From assembly GCA_963824995.1 (NCBI GenBank), contig CAWGRK010000009.1, forward strand, positions 173,934 through 237,933: a stretch of DNA of 64,000 bases, written 5' to 3'. Below, in pieces: positions 24,748 to 34,688 of the stretch. The notes under the pieces are model-generated. The model did no database searches and was not told the DNA's origin. It saw only the letters and a program-made list of their open reading frames with translations. A program made the position numbers and the translations under genes. Origin of the DNA: an uncultured Actinomycetes bacterium (GTDB lineage Bacteria > Actinomycetota > Acidimicrobiia > Spongiisociales > DATADW01). Each line of letters opens with the position of its first letter. Within the stretch, counting starts at the first letter, position 1.

Positions 24748-25610
24748 TGGCCCGGCTCGATGTGCGCAAGACCGCAAAGCTCTACATCGGTGGCGATTTC
24801 CCCCGTTCCGAGTCGGGGCGCTCCTACCCGGCGGTCGCCCCCGACGGCACCGTCCTCTCCCGGGTTTCCTGGGCATCCCGCAAGGACCTGCGCGACGCGG
24901 TTCGGGCCGCCCGCAAGGCACAGCAGGGATGGGCCGAGCGCTCCGGGTACAACCGCGGTCAGATTCTGTACCGCATCGCCGAGATGCTCGAGGACCGCGC
25001 CGGCACATTCGTCGAAGCCCTCACCGACGGAGGCTCGTCTGGACGTGAGGCCCGGTCCGAGGTGGCCACCTCGATCGACCGGTTGGTGTGGTACGCCGGT
25101 TGGTGTGACAAGTTCGCTCAGACCTACGGCAACCTCAACCCGGTGGCCGGCCCGTTCTTCAACCTGTCCGCCCCCGAGTCGGTCGGCGTGGTAGGGGTGG
25201 TTGCTCCCGATGAACCAGCGCTGCTCGGGCTGGTGAGCCGGGTTGCTCCCGCCCTTGTCCCTGGCAACGCCCTCGTCGTCCTGGCCTCCGAGACCCAACC
25301 CCTCCCGGCCGTCGCCTTCACCGAGGTGCTGGCTACTTCGGACGTCCCCGGAGGCGTGGTCAACCTGCTCACCGGCCCCAAGTCCGAGCTTCTCCCCGTG
25401 CTCTGCTCACACATGGACGTCCAGGCGGTCGACCTTGCCGGTGCCCCCCGGGAAATGGTCGGCCCGATGGAGGAACTGGCCGCCGAGAACGTCAAGCGGA
25501 TAGTCGGGGCCGACGGCTCTTCCGACTGGCTCACTCCTCGCGCCCAGCACCCCCTCCTCATCGCTGCCCTGACGGAGACCAAGACGGTCTGGCACCCCAA
25601 GGGGCTGTAG
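24747..25610 (+). CDS. Short non-catalytic aldehyde dehydrogenase-like subunit (ALDH16-like C-terminal portion)
   Basis: MARLDVRKTAKLYIGGDFPRSESGR...NRGQILYRIAE...KTVWHPKG; lacks ELGG and the catalytic Cys; TGATG overlap. Confidence 0.88.
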   Translation: MARLDVRKTAKLYIGGDFPRSESGRSYPAVAPDGTVLSRVSWASRKDLRDAVRAARKAQQGWAERSGYNRGQILYRIAEMLEDRAGTFVEALTDGGSSGREARSEVATSIDRLVWYAGWCDKFAQTYGNLNPVAGPFFNLSAPESVGVVGVVAPDEPALLGLVSRVAPALVPGNALVVLASETQPLPAVAFTEVLATSDVPGGVVNLLTGPKSELLPVLCSHMDVQAVDLAGAPREMVGPMEELAAENVKRIVGADGSSDWLTPRAQHPLLIAALTETKTVWHPKGL

Positions 25611-25695
25611 ACGGCGGACGGCGGACGGGGACGGCGGACGGCAGCCAGACACGGAAGACGGAAGACGGAAGTCGGAAGTGAAGACAACGGACAGC
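25610..25695. repeat. Heptamer tandem repeats (GACGGCG/GACGGAA family)
   Basis: GACGGCG GACGGCG GACGGG GACGGCG GACGGCA ... ACGGAA GACGGAA GACGGAA GTCGGAA. Confidence 0.75.
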
Positions 25696-25718
25696 GCCAG
25701 TCTTAACCCGTTGGGGGG

Positions 25719-25846
25719 GTGCTCGAGGGGGGCGGCTCCGTCAGCCCCCCTCGCCTGCTCGGGCCGGGCGTGTACGGCCCGACCAGCACAAATGAGCGCG
25801 CCGAAGGCCGCACGTTCGAAACTGCCCGGTGGCGCAGCCGCCGGGC
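25719..25846. other. Multi-hairpin intergenic element
   Basis: Stems CGAGGGGGGC/GCCCCCCTCG and TCGGGCCG/CGGCCCGA closed by GTGCT/AGCAC, then GCCCGGTGGC-GCA-GCCGCCGGGC. Confidence 0.55.
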
Positions 25847-25852
25847 TAGCCG

Positions 25853-26809
25853 ATGAGCCCAGCCGATAGGCCGCTCGATTCACAACGACCCGGCGGCACA
25901 GCCGCCGGGTATATCTGGCTTGCCATCGCCCTTGCCGGGCTGGGGTGGGGGACGGGGACGGTGGCAACCCGCGCCGCGCTGCTGGCGGGCGTTCCGCCGT
26001 TCCTGCTCCTCGCGGCCCGGTTCACGCTGGCGACGGCTCTGGTCCTGATATGGCTCCTGGTCAGGGGTGAGATCCCTCGCCACCGCTCCGTGTGGCGCGA
26101 TGGTGCCGTCCTCGGTGTGGTCAACATGGCGATGCCGACTTTCTTCTTCACCCTCTCTCTGCAGCACCTCTCCGCCGGAGTCGGCGGTCTGCTGATCGCC
26201 CTGGTACCGCTTGCCACCGCCTTCTGGGCACATTGGCTGCTCGATGACGAACCGCTCCACACCGCCAAGATCGTGGGAATGACCGTGGCTCTGAGTGGAG
26301 TGGCGGTGCTTCTCCTCACCGGCGACGTCGGATTGCCGCCGAGTGCCAACCTGCCGCTCGGTGTCGGCTTGATGCTCATCGGGGTGGCGATGGCTGCTCT
26401 GGGGGGGGCGCTGACCCGCCGCTATGCCGAGCGCCACCGCGTCTCCGATCTCGCCTTGCCCCAGTTCCTTGCCGGTGCGGTAACTGCCGTCGTCGTAGCG
26501 GCATTCGCCGGCGAGCTTTTTGCAGGGTGGGGGTTTGGTGGCGATGGATGGTTTGCTCTCCTCTACCTGGCGACGGTGTCAACAGTCCTCCCGTTTCTCG
26601 CCTTCCTCAGTGCCTCCCGGCTGGCTTCGGCCACCACGGCGTCACTCATCGGATATGTCGTCCCGGTGATCGGAGTCGTCGGAGGTGTGCTGATCCTCGG
26701 GGAGACCGTGACCCTGTCGCTGGTCGCCGGTGGGATCCTCATCCTCGCCGGAGTCCTCATCGTCGAGCGGAGCGAGCGACTCCGTATTGCAAGCATCGGC
26801 GCACCCTGA
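25853..26809 (+). CDS. DMT/EamA family transporter
   Basis: About 10 TM in two repeats; ARFTLA, GYVVPVIGVVGG..LGE. Confidence 0.88.
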   Translation: MSPADRPLDSQRPGGTAAGYIWLAIALAGLGWGTGTVATRAALLAGVPPFLLLAARFTLATALVLIWLLVRGEIPRHRSVWRDGAVLGVVNMAMPTFFFTLSLQHLSAGVGGLLIALVPLATAFWAHWLLDDEPLHTAKIVGMTVALSGVAVLLLTGDVGLPPSANLPLGVGLMLIGVAMAALGGALTRRYAERHRVSDLALPQFLAGAVTAVVVAAFAGELFAGWGFGGDGWFALLYLATVSTVLPFLAFLSASRLASATTASLIGYVVPVIGVVGGVLILGETVTLSLVAGGILILAGVLIVERSERLRIASIGAP

Positions 26810-26840
26810 CCCGAGGGCGCCGCGTCGTAGTCTCGGCGCG

Positions 26841-28000
26841 GTGACGCCCGTAGCCCGCCGTCTCCGGCCTTTCGGTGTGACCATATTCACCGAGATGTCG
26901 GCGCTTGCGGCCGAGGTGGGCGCCATCAACCTCGGTCAGGGATTTCCCAACTGGGACGGGGCCGATTTGGCCAAGAGAGCTGCGATCGCCTCGATGGCCA
27001 CGGGCAACGACCAGTACCCGCCCAGCCACGGGATCCCCGAGCTACGCCGGGCCATCGCTCGGCGCTATGGACCGCGGCTCGGGCGGGAGGTCGACCCCAA
27101 TAGCGAGGTCACGGTCACCACCGGATGCACCGAGGCGTTGGCGTCAGCCATGCTCGGGCTGATCGAGCCGGGCGACGAAGTCGTGGTGATCGAGCCCTTC
27201 TATGACGCTTACCCGGCTGACTTGGCGCTGGCAGGCGCCATTCCACGGTTCGTCACCTTGCGCCCACCGGCATTCGCGCTCGACCCCGATGAGCTGGTGG
27301 CAGCGTTCTCACCCCGGACCAAGGCCATCCTGGTCAACACGCCGCACAACCCAACCGGCCGGGTATTCAACACCGACGAGCTGGACGCCATCGCCCGGCT
27401 GTGCGTCGAGCACGACGCCATCGCCATCACCGACGAGGTCTACGAAGAGATGGTGTTCGAGCGCCCCCACCTGCGGCTGGCGGGGCGCGAAGGGATGTGG
27501 GACCGCACGCTCACACTGTCCTCGCTGGGCAAGACCTTCTCGCTCACCGGGTGGAAGGTCGGCTGGGCGATCGGCCCGTCCGATCTCACCAAGGCTGTCA
27601 GGGCCGCACACCAATTTCTCACCTTCACCACCCCGACACCGGTGCAGCACGGTGCGGTGGCCGCGCTAGACGCTCCAGACTCGTTCTACGGCGAGATGAG
27701 GGAGAGCTACCGGGCGAAAACGCGACCTTCTGGCGGCAGGGTTGAGCGCGGCGGGGTTCGAGGTCCACCCCACCGAAGGCACCTACTTCACGATGGCGGG
27801 GTACCTGGCGCTGTCCGATACCGACGACCGTCGAGTTCTGCCGGCAGATGGTGGAGCGGGCCGGTGTGGTCGCCATCCCTCCGAGCGTCTTCTACCACGA
27901 CCCGGAAGACGGCTCGGGGCTGGTGAGGTTTGCCTTTTGCAAGGACGAAGCGACGCTGACCGAGGCAATAGAGAGGCTGGGCAAGCTCTCCAACGGCTGA
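26841..28000 (+). CDS. PLP-dependent class I/II aminotransferase (DapC/YbdL-like); frameshifts near 27720 and 27835
   Basis: TIFTEMS, INLGQGFP, NTPHNPTG, DEVYE, SLGKTFSLTGWKVGW; C-terminal VRFAFCK in another frame. Confidence 0.9.
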
Positions 28001-28042
28001 TATCGGGCGGGTGATATCCGAGGACGGCTGTACCCTCGGGCC

Positions 28043-29701
28043 ATGCCTCCGCGCCACATTTTGGTCGCCGTCGCCTGGCCCTACGCCAGTGGGTCGCTCC
28101 ACCTGGGCCATCTCGGAGGCGCATACCTGCCGCCCGACATCTTCGCCCGCTACCACCGCCTAGCGGGCAACCGGGTGCTCATGGTGTCCGGCTCCGACGC
28201 CCACGGCACCCCGATAACGGTGAAAGCGGACCAGGAGAGCACCACACCTCGGGAAGTGGTCGACCGTTACCACCCCGAAATCCTTGGCTACTGGGAGAGT
28301 CTGGGGATCTCGTTCGACCTTTTCACGACCACCATGACCGAGAACCATCGTGAGGTCACCTGGGACGTCTTCCGTACGCTGCGGGAGGGTGGCTACATCG
28401 CCCCGAAGACGAGCATCCAGTTCTACGACCCCGAGGCCGAGCGGTTCCTCCCCGACCGTTACGTCGAAGGGACTTGCCCCCATTGCGGGTACGACCCGGC
28501 GCGGGGTGACCAGTGCGACAACTGCGGGCGGACGCTCGACCCCGACCAGTTGATCGGACCGAGGAGCAGGCTCACCGGCGCCACCCCGGTCCCCAGGGAG
28601 ACCGAGCATTACTTCCTGCTCCTCCCCAAGCTGGCAGATCGATTGTTGGAGTGGCTGAAGAGCCGGCGGGGCTGGCGCAAGCATGTCCAGAACATGGCGA
28701 TCGGGTTCGTCGAAGAGGGGCTGATCGACCGGGCGATCACCCGCGACCTCGATTGGGGGATACCTATCCCGCCCGAGGCGGACACGCTCGGGGCGGGCAA
28801 GCGGATCTACGTGTGGTTCGAGGCGGTGATCGGGTACCTCTCGGCCGCCAAGGAATGGGCTCAGCGGACAGGTGACCCCGAGGCGTGGCGGGCCTGGTGG
28901 GAGGATCCCGCGGCCGAGTCCTATTACTTCATCGGGAAAGACAACGTGGTCTTCCACGCCGTGGTCTGGCCGGCCATGCTGATCGGGTACGAGGAGCTCG
29001 ACCTACCGACGGACGTCCCAGCCAACCAGTACATCACCTTCCGCGGATCCAAGGCATCGAAGTCGATGGGAGTGGGCCGCTCCATCGGCTGGTACGCCGA
29101 GCGGCTCCAACCCGACGCCATCCGCTACGCCATCGCCTCGGTGCTCCCCGAGCAGAGCGACACCGATCTCAGCGACGACCAGATCGTCCGCCGGATCAAC
29201 GATGAGCTGGTGGCAACGTGGGGGAACCTGGTCAACCGGGTACTGAGCCTGATCCAGCGTTACTTCGAGGGCGTGGTACCGACGCCATCCGAGCTCGACG
29301 ACAGTGATACCGCACTGCTGGAACGCATAGACCAGGCGCTCGTCGATGAGGCTGCGCTGATCGAGGCGGTCGAATTGCGCGCCGGGTTGCGCACCGCCAT
29401 GGAGGCGGCGGCCGGGGTCAATGTCTATCTCAACGCCACCGAGCCATGGAAGACGGCCAAGGACGACCCGGACCGCACCGCAACTACCTTGTTCGTGGCG
29501 CTCCAGGCGATCAGCGGCCTGCGGACCGCATTCGCCCCCTACCTGCCCTTCTCCACCGAGACCCTCGGTGACATCCTTGGCCAAGGCCCGCTGGTGGATT
29601 GGCGCCGGGTCCCGATCGGACCGGGGCAGCGGCTCGGGGTCCCCGAGCCGCTATTCCGCAAGGTGGAGGATGAACTCGATGACGGTCAGGAGGGTGGGTA
29701 G
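28043..29701 (+). CDS. metG: Methionyl-tRNA synthetase (no C-terminal OB domain)
   Basis: AWPYASGSLHLGH, GSDAHG, CPHC/CDNC knuckle, YVWFEA, FIGKDN, KASKS. Confidence 0.96.
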   Translation: MPPRHILVAVAWPYASGSLHLGHLGGAYLPPDIFARYHRLAGNRVLMVSGSDAHGTPITVKADQESTTPREVVDRYHPEILGYWESLGISFDLFTTTMTENHREVTWDVFRTLREGGYIAPKTSIQFYDPEAERFLPDRYVEGTCPHCGYDPARGDQCDNCGRTLDPDQLIGPRSRLTGATPVPRETEHYFLLLPKLADRLLEWLKSRRGWRKHVQNMAIGFVEEGLIDRAITRDLDWGIPIPPEADTLGAGKRIYVWFEAVIGYLSAAKEWAQRTGDPEAWRAWWEDPAAESYYFIGKDNVVFHAVVWPAMLIGYEELDLPTDVPANQYITFRGSKASKSMGVGRSIGWYAERLQPDAIRYAIASVLPEQSDTDLSDDQIVRRINDELVATWGNLVNRVLSLIQRYFEGVVPTPSELDDSDTALLERIDQALVDEAALIEAVELRAGLRTAMEAAAGVNVYLNATEPWKTAKDDPDRTATTLFVALQAISGLRTAFAPYLPFSTETLGDILGQGPLVDWRRVPIGPGQRLGVPEPLFRKVEDELDDGQEGG

Positions 29702-30102
29702 ACCCCAGCGTCCTTCGACTCGTCGGTCTGCCAGAAGATGACTGCGATCTGGTCGATCAGATCGATCAGCTCCTCGGCGACCGAAGCATCCATCGTCTTC
29801 TTCGCCTCACTGGCCTTCTTGATCGCCTTCCAGAAAAGGTCGTGGAGATCAGGATGCTGCTCGAGATGATGAGGCTTGAAGAAGTCGGTCCAAAGCACCG
29901 AAAGATGGTGCTTGACCAGGTCGGCCCGTTCCTCCTTGATGAGGATGGCCCGATCCTTGAACACCGGATCGTCTGAGTCCGCCGCTTTGGTGCACGCTTT
30001 GAGCACCGAAGTCGCCTCGATCTTTGCCTGCGCCGGGTCGTAGACCCCGCACATCAGGTCGCAGTGAGCGTGGGCGACCGTTGGGTTGAAGAACCTGCCC
30101 AA
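29686..30102 (-). CDS. sodN: Nickel superoxide dismutase precursor
   Basis: AAGGAG RBS and TTG start; 12-aa leader ending AHA, then hook HCDLMCGVYDP; KHHLSVLWTDFFK. Confidence 0.93.
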   Translation of the reverse strand: MGRFFNPTVAHAHCDLMCGVYDPAQAKIEATSVLKACTKAADSDDPVFKDRAILIKEERADLVKHHLSVLWTDFFKPHHLEQHPDLHDLFWKAIKKASEAKKTMDASVAEELIDLIDQIAVIFWQTDESKDAGVYPPS

Positions 30103-30146
30103 TTCTGGCTCCTTTCCAAGCGATACCTTCCGACCATACTCGGCGG

Positions 30147-30572
30147 GTGGCGCTCTTCAACCTGCTCCCGCGCCGCTTCGTGGTGGCCGAGGAATCGATG
30201 GCGCCGGGTCTGCGACCGGGGGATTCGCTGTTCGGCATTTCCGCGAGAAGGTTTCGACGCGGCGACATCGTCGTATTCGAGCATCCCCACCGCAGGGGCT
30301 TCTGGCTGGTAAAGCGGGCCGTCGGACTACCCGGCGAGCACCTCGAGATCACCGATGGATCGATATCCGTCGACGGCGATCTCCTCGAAGACCCGTGGGG
30401 AAACGGTCCGACTGCTCCAAATGGATGCTGGGACATACCGCTCGGACATGTTTTCGCGCTCAGCGACGCCCGTTCGGTCACGATTGCGGACGGCAGGACC
30501 TTTGGCCCGATCCACACAGGTGGTGCTTACCGCGTACTGTTCCGGGTACACAACCGTAAATACAACGACTAG
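30147..30572 (+). CDS. sodX: S26 peptidase, NiSOD maturation protease
   Basis: SMAPGL (Ser) and LVKR (Lys) S26 dyad; divergent from sodN. Confidence 0.8.
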   Translation: MALFNLLPRRFVVAEESMAPGLRPGDSLFGISARRFRRGDIVVFEHPHRRGFWLVKRAVGLPGEHLEITDGSISVDGDLLEDPWGNGPTAPNGCWDIPLGHVFALSDARSVTIADGRTFGPIHTGGAYRVLFRVHNRKYND

Positions 30573-30618
30573 CTTGATCTAGTTGATCGCGCGTCCTTTA
30601 GGGGAGGAGCCCACGGCC

Positions 30619-33600
30619 GTGAAAATGCGTCGCTTTGGTTTGGTCTTGCTGACCACGTCCGGTCTCTTCCTCAGCCTTCTTGGACCCGCGTTCGCCGCCC
30701 CGCCGTTGCCGGTTACTGCGTTGCAGACTCCACCTGGTGACGAACCCACGAATCACCGAGCAGTGCGGTCTCCCCGTCACCCTGGTGCTCGACGCCTCGG
30801 GCTCGATCCAGAGCGCCGACGCGGTCGAGCTGGTCCGCGATGCCGCCGAGGCATTCCTCGACGCGGTCAAGGACACCGGCTCGACGGCGCGGGTCATCGA
30901 CTTCGGGACGTTCTCCCGCCAGACGGCGGGGGCGGAGCTGGTCACCACGGCCGTCGATGGCCCCAGGCGGTGCCCACGCCGAGGCCATCGCTGCCTACTA
31001 CAACCCGCGGCCGCCGGTGACACCGCCCCGCCACCGCGGCCCGCCAGTACGACGGCAGCGGCCCGCTGTCGAGCACCGGCAACTTCGGCGACCTCGACAA
31101 CGGCAACGATCAGTGGACCAACTGGGACTCTGCCCTCGACCGAGCCAACGACGATCCGGGCGAGTTGGTCGTGTTCGTGACCGACGGCGACCCAACCGCC
31201 ATCGACCTCGATCAACACTGGCGACGCCTTCAACCCGCCAGGCACGACAGTGGCCTTCAACACCTTCCGGGGAGACGGAGCGGGACCTTCCGTCGATCGT
31301 GCCGTGGAGGAGTCGAACAAGATCAAGACCGGGGGCTCACGTATCCTCGCGGTCGGCGTCGGTGCAGCCGTGACTCAGCCGGCCAGCGTCCAGCGGCTGG
31401 TTCGGATCGCCGGGCCGCAGGTAAGGTCACAGACGCTGATATCGGAGACGTTGAAAGCATCAACGACAGTCGACGTCGCCGTGGTTCAGGACTTCGCGGA
31501 CCTCAAAGCACTGCTCAGGGGTGTCGTCACCGAGCTGTGCTCACCGTCGCTGGCGGTACGCAAGTTCGTCCAGACCGCCGACTCCACCAACTACGTCGCC
31601 CGGTGAAGACTGGTCGATCGAGGTGGACCCCGGTGTGGATGGCGACTACAGATGGATCCAGCCAGCAGGCGCCCGCGGTTGGTCCACAGACGGTAGACAC
31701 CGACGCCAACGGGTTCGCCAACTTCCAGTGGGAGCCGGATCCACCCGACCAGAACTCAAATGCGGTGATCACCGAGGAACTCGAAGACGACTTCGTAGGA
31801 GGACCCGCTTCCTGTGAGATCCTGCCACCTGATCGGCGAAGCCGACATCATCGACTACCCCGACGCGTCGGAGCCGTTGGAGGTCCCGATGGGTCCGGAG
31901 GACATCGTCACCTGCACCCTCTACAACAACTTCGACTACCAACCTGGGATCAACCTGGTAAAAACTGCCAGTGAAGAGATCGTCCGGGGTGACAACGGTG
32001 GGACCTCGGTCACCTACACGGGCATTGTCACCAATACCGGAAACACCCCGCTGGTCCTCTCGGAGGGCGACGACAGCAACTGCTCCGAGATCGAGTTCGT
32101 CGGTGGCGACGACAACGACGACGGCAAGCTCGACCTCGACGAGGAATGGGAATACCAGTGCACCCGGATCCTCGAGGCAGGGCTCTCCCAGGAAGAGATC
32201 CTCGAGGAGAACACCGCCTTCGTCGTTGGCGTCGACCCGGCGGGGAACGAGGTCGAGTCCGAGGACACCGAGGTGGTCGAGATCATCACCCCGGCCATCA
32301 ACTTGGAGAAGGAGGCCTCGGCTGAACAGGTCGCTCCAGGTACCGACGTCACCTACACGTTCACCGTGACCAACGAGGGCAACGACCCGCTCAGCGACAT
32401 CACCCTGGAGGACTCCAACCCAGGATGCGTGCCGGTCCTCGACAGCGGCGACAACGGCGACGGGATCCTCGACCTCGACGAGACCTGGATTTACACCTGC
32501 ACCGTCGCCATCGATGACGACACGACCAACCTGGCGACCGTGACAGGCACCCCGTCGATCGGCGACGACGTGGACGATCCCGCCACCGCCTCGGTTGATG
32601 TCGTGCACGACGACATGAACCTCGACAAGACGGCGTCGGCCGACTTCGTGGCCGTGGGCGACGAGGTCACCTACACGTATGTGCTGAGCAGCCCAGCAGA
32701 CTCCGATCCACTGGAACCACCAGAAGGCGTGACCAGGGAGACCGCAGTCACCGACGATTCCTGTGAACCGGTGGAATTCGTCAGTGATAGTGGAAACGAC
32801 GATCAGATCCTCGACCCCGGCGAGGCATGGACTTACGAGTGCACGACCGTTATCACCGAGCTGACGCTCAACACTATCGACGGCCACCATGGTGGGCCCG
32901 CTTGGACCGATCACCAGGGAAGACCGATGCGGTCGTCATCCCGCTGCCGGCCGGAATAAACATCGTGAAGTCAGCGAGCGACGACCTGGTGCCGGCAGGG
33001 ACAGACATCACCTACACGTACGAGGTCACCAACACCGGAAGTGGCACCGCTGGCCAACGTCGCCGACGGCGTAACCGACGACTTCTGTCTCGCCGGTGTC
33101 GTTCGTCGACGGTGACACCAATGGGGATGACCTGCTCGACCCGGGCGAACTCTGGACCTTCACCTGCACGGCGACTCTCAACGAGGACACGGTCAACACC
33201 GCAACGGTGTCGGGCAACCCGGTCATCGCCGGCGAAGAGAGGACACCGGTGACCGACGAGGACACAGCCGAAGTCGACGTCTTCACCGCCGGAATCGAAC
33301 TGGTGAAGACCGCTTCCGAGGATCTGGTGCGGGTGGGGACACGAGTCACATTCACCTTCGTCGCCACCAACACCGGCGACATCTCACTCGTACCGCTGGG
33401 GATCACCGACGACCAGTGCAGCCCGCTCGAGTTCATCGGTGGCGATCCCGAAGGGGACGGCGCCATGGCCCCGGGAGAGGCGTGGACCTGGGAGTGCTCC
33501 AAGGTGATGGATGCAGACATGGTCAACACCGCGGTGATCGAAGCGTCCGATCCAACCGGTCAGGTCGTCACCGATGAGGATGACGCAGAGGTCACCGTGT

Positions 33601-34416
33601 TCGACTCCGCCATCAACCTGGAGAAGACGGCTGCTCCGGAATTGGTGCCGCAGGGGGCAAACACCACGTTCACCCTCACCGTCACCAACCCGGGGCCGGC
33701 GCCGCTCTCCGACATCACGATCACCGACGACACGTGCACCGGTATCACCTTCGTCGGTGGCGACACCAACGGCGACGACGTCCTCCAAGTGCGGCGAGAC
33801 GTGGACCTACACGTGCTCGATGCCGATCGATAGAGCCACGGTGAACACTGCCACGGTCACCGGGACCGACCCCGGTGGCGGTAAGCCGACGGATACCGGT
33901 GTTGCCGGGGCGATCCCCTACAACCCGAGCCTCGAAGTGGTGAAGACCGTGGAGCCATTCCAGGTGCAGCCCGGTGGCAGCGTCACCTACACGTATGCGG
34001 TGACCAACACAGGGGACGTGCCACTGGCCGGAGTCCGCGGGAGCATCACCGACGACACGTGCTCCCCGGTTTCCTACGTGTCTGGTGACGTCAACAACAA
34101 CGGGCTGCTCGATGGTGATATCGATGCCACCCCGGTCTTCGAGTACACGTCGACGGTGGAGACCTGGATATTCACCTGCACCACGACGGTCGAGGAAGAC
34201 ACCGTCAATGTGGTGACCGTGACCGGCACCCCGACCGACCCGAGGGGTAATCCCATCGGCCCGGATGTGTCGGCCGACGACGAGGCAGAGGTCGAGGTGA
34301 TCGACGAATTGCCGGCAACGGGCGCGGTCCCCATCTGGATGGCTCTGGCTGCCCTGCTGGCAGCGGTCGGGGCCCTGATCCTGGTGAGGAACCGGAGACG
34401 GCTGGGCGCTCGCTGA
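30619..34416 (+). CDS. Large surface protein: signal peptide, VWA, Ig-like (DUF11/DUF7507-type) repeats, LPATG sorting signal; heavily frameshifted
   Basis: MRRFGLVLL.. signal; LVLDASGSI MIDAS; VFVTDGDP; repeats ending TWTYTC; ELPATG + TM + RNRRR; spread over many ORF fragments. Confidence 0.8.
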
Positions 34417-34454
34417 CTGAGTCTGAACAGGAATATGGGTTTTTGCCCCGCCAG

Positions 34455-34481
34455 CCCGGTGGCTCTCAAAGAGCCACCGGG
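34455..34481 (+). terminator. Perfect 12-bp hairpin after the first surface-protein gene
   Basis: CCCGGTGGCTCT-CAA-AGAGCCACCGGG; no U-tract. Confidence 0.55.
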
Positions 34482-34688
34482 AATTGGTGTACGTGACCGT
34501 AGGTAGATGGGAGAAGCCAGGACTGTGACGAGCCGTCGCTGCGCACTGCTGCGAAAGACCAAAGCCGAAGCGGCTCGCGGCGGCTTCTCGCCACTGACAG
34601 CGACTTCGGCACACCGTCGGTGCGATCGAGGTGTATACGGAAAATGCGGTTCGTCCAGCATGCGGGCCCTCGTGGGCAGCTTGGCGTG

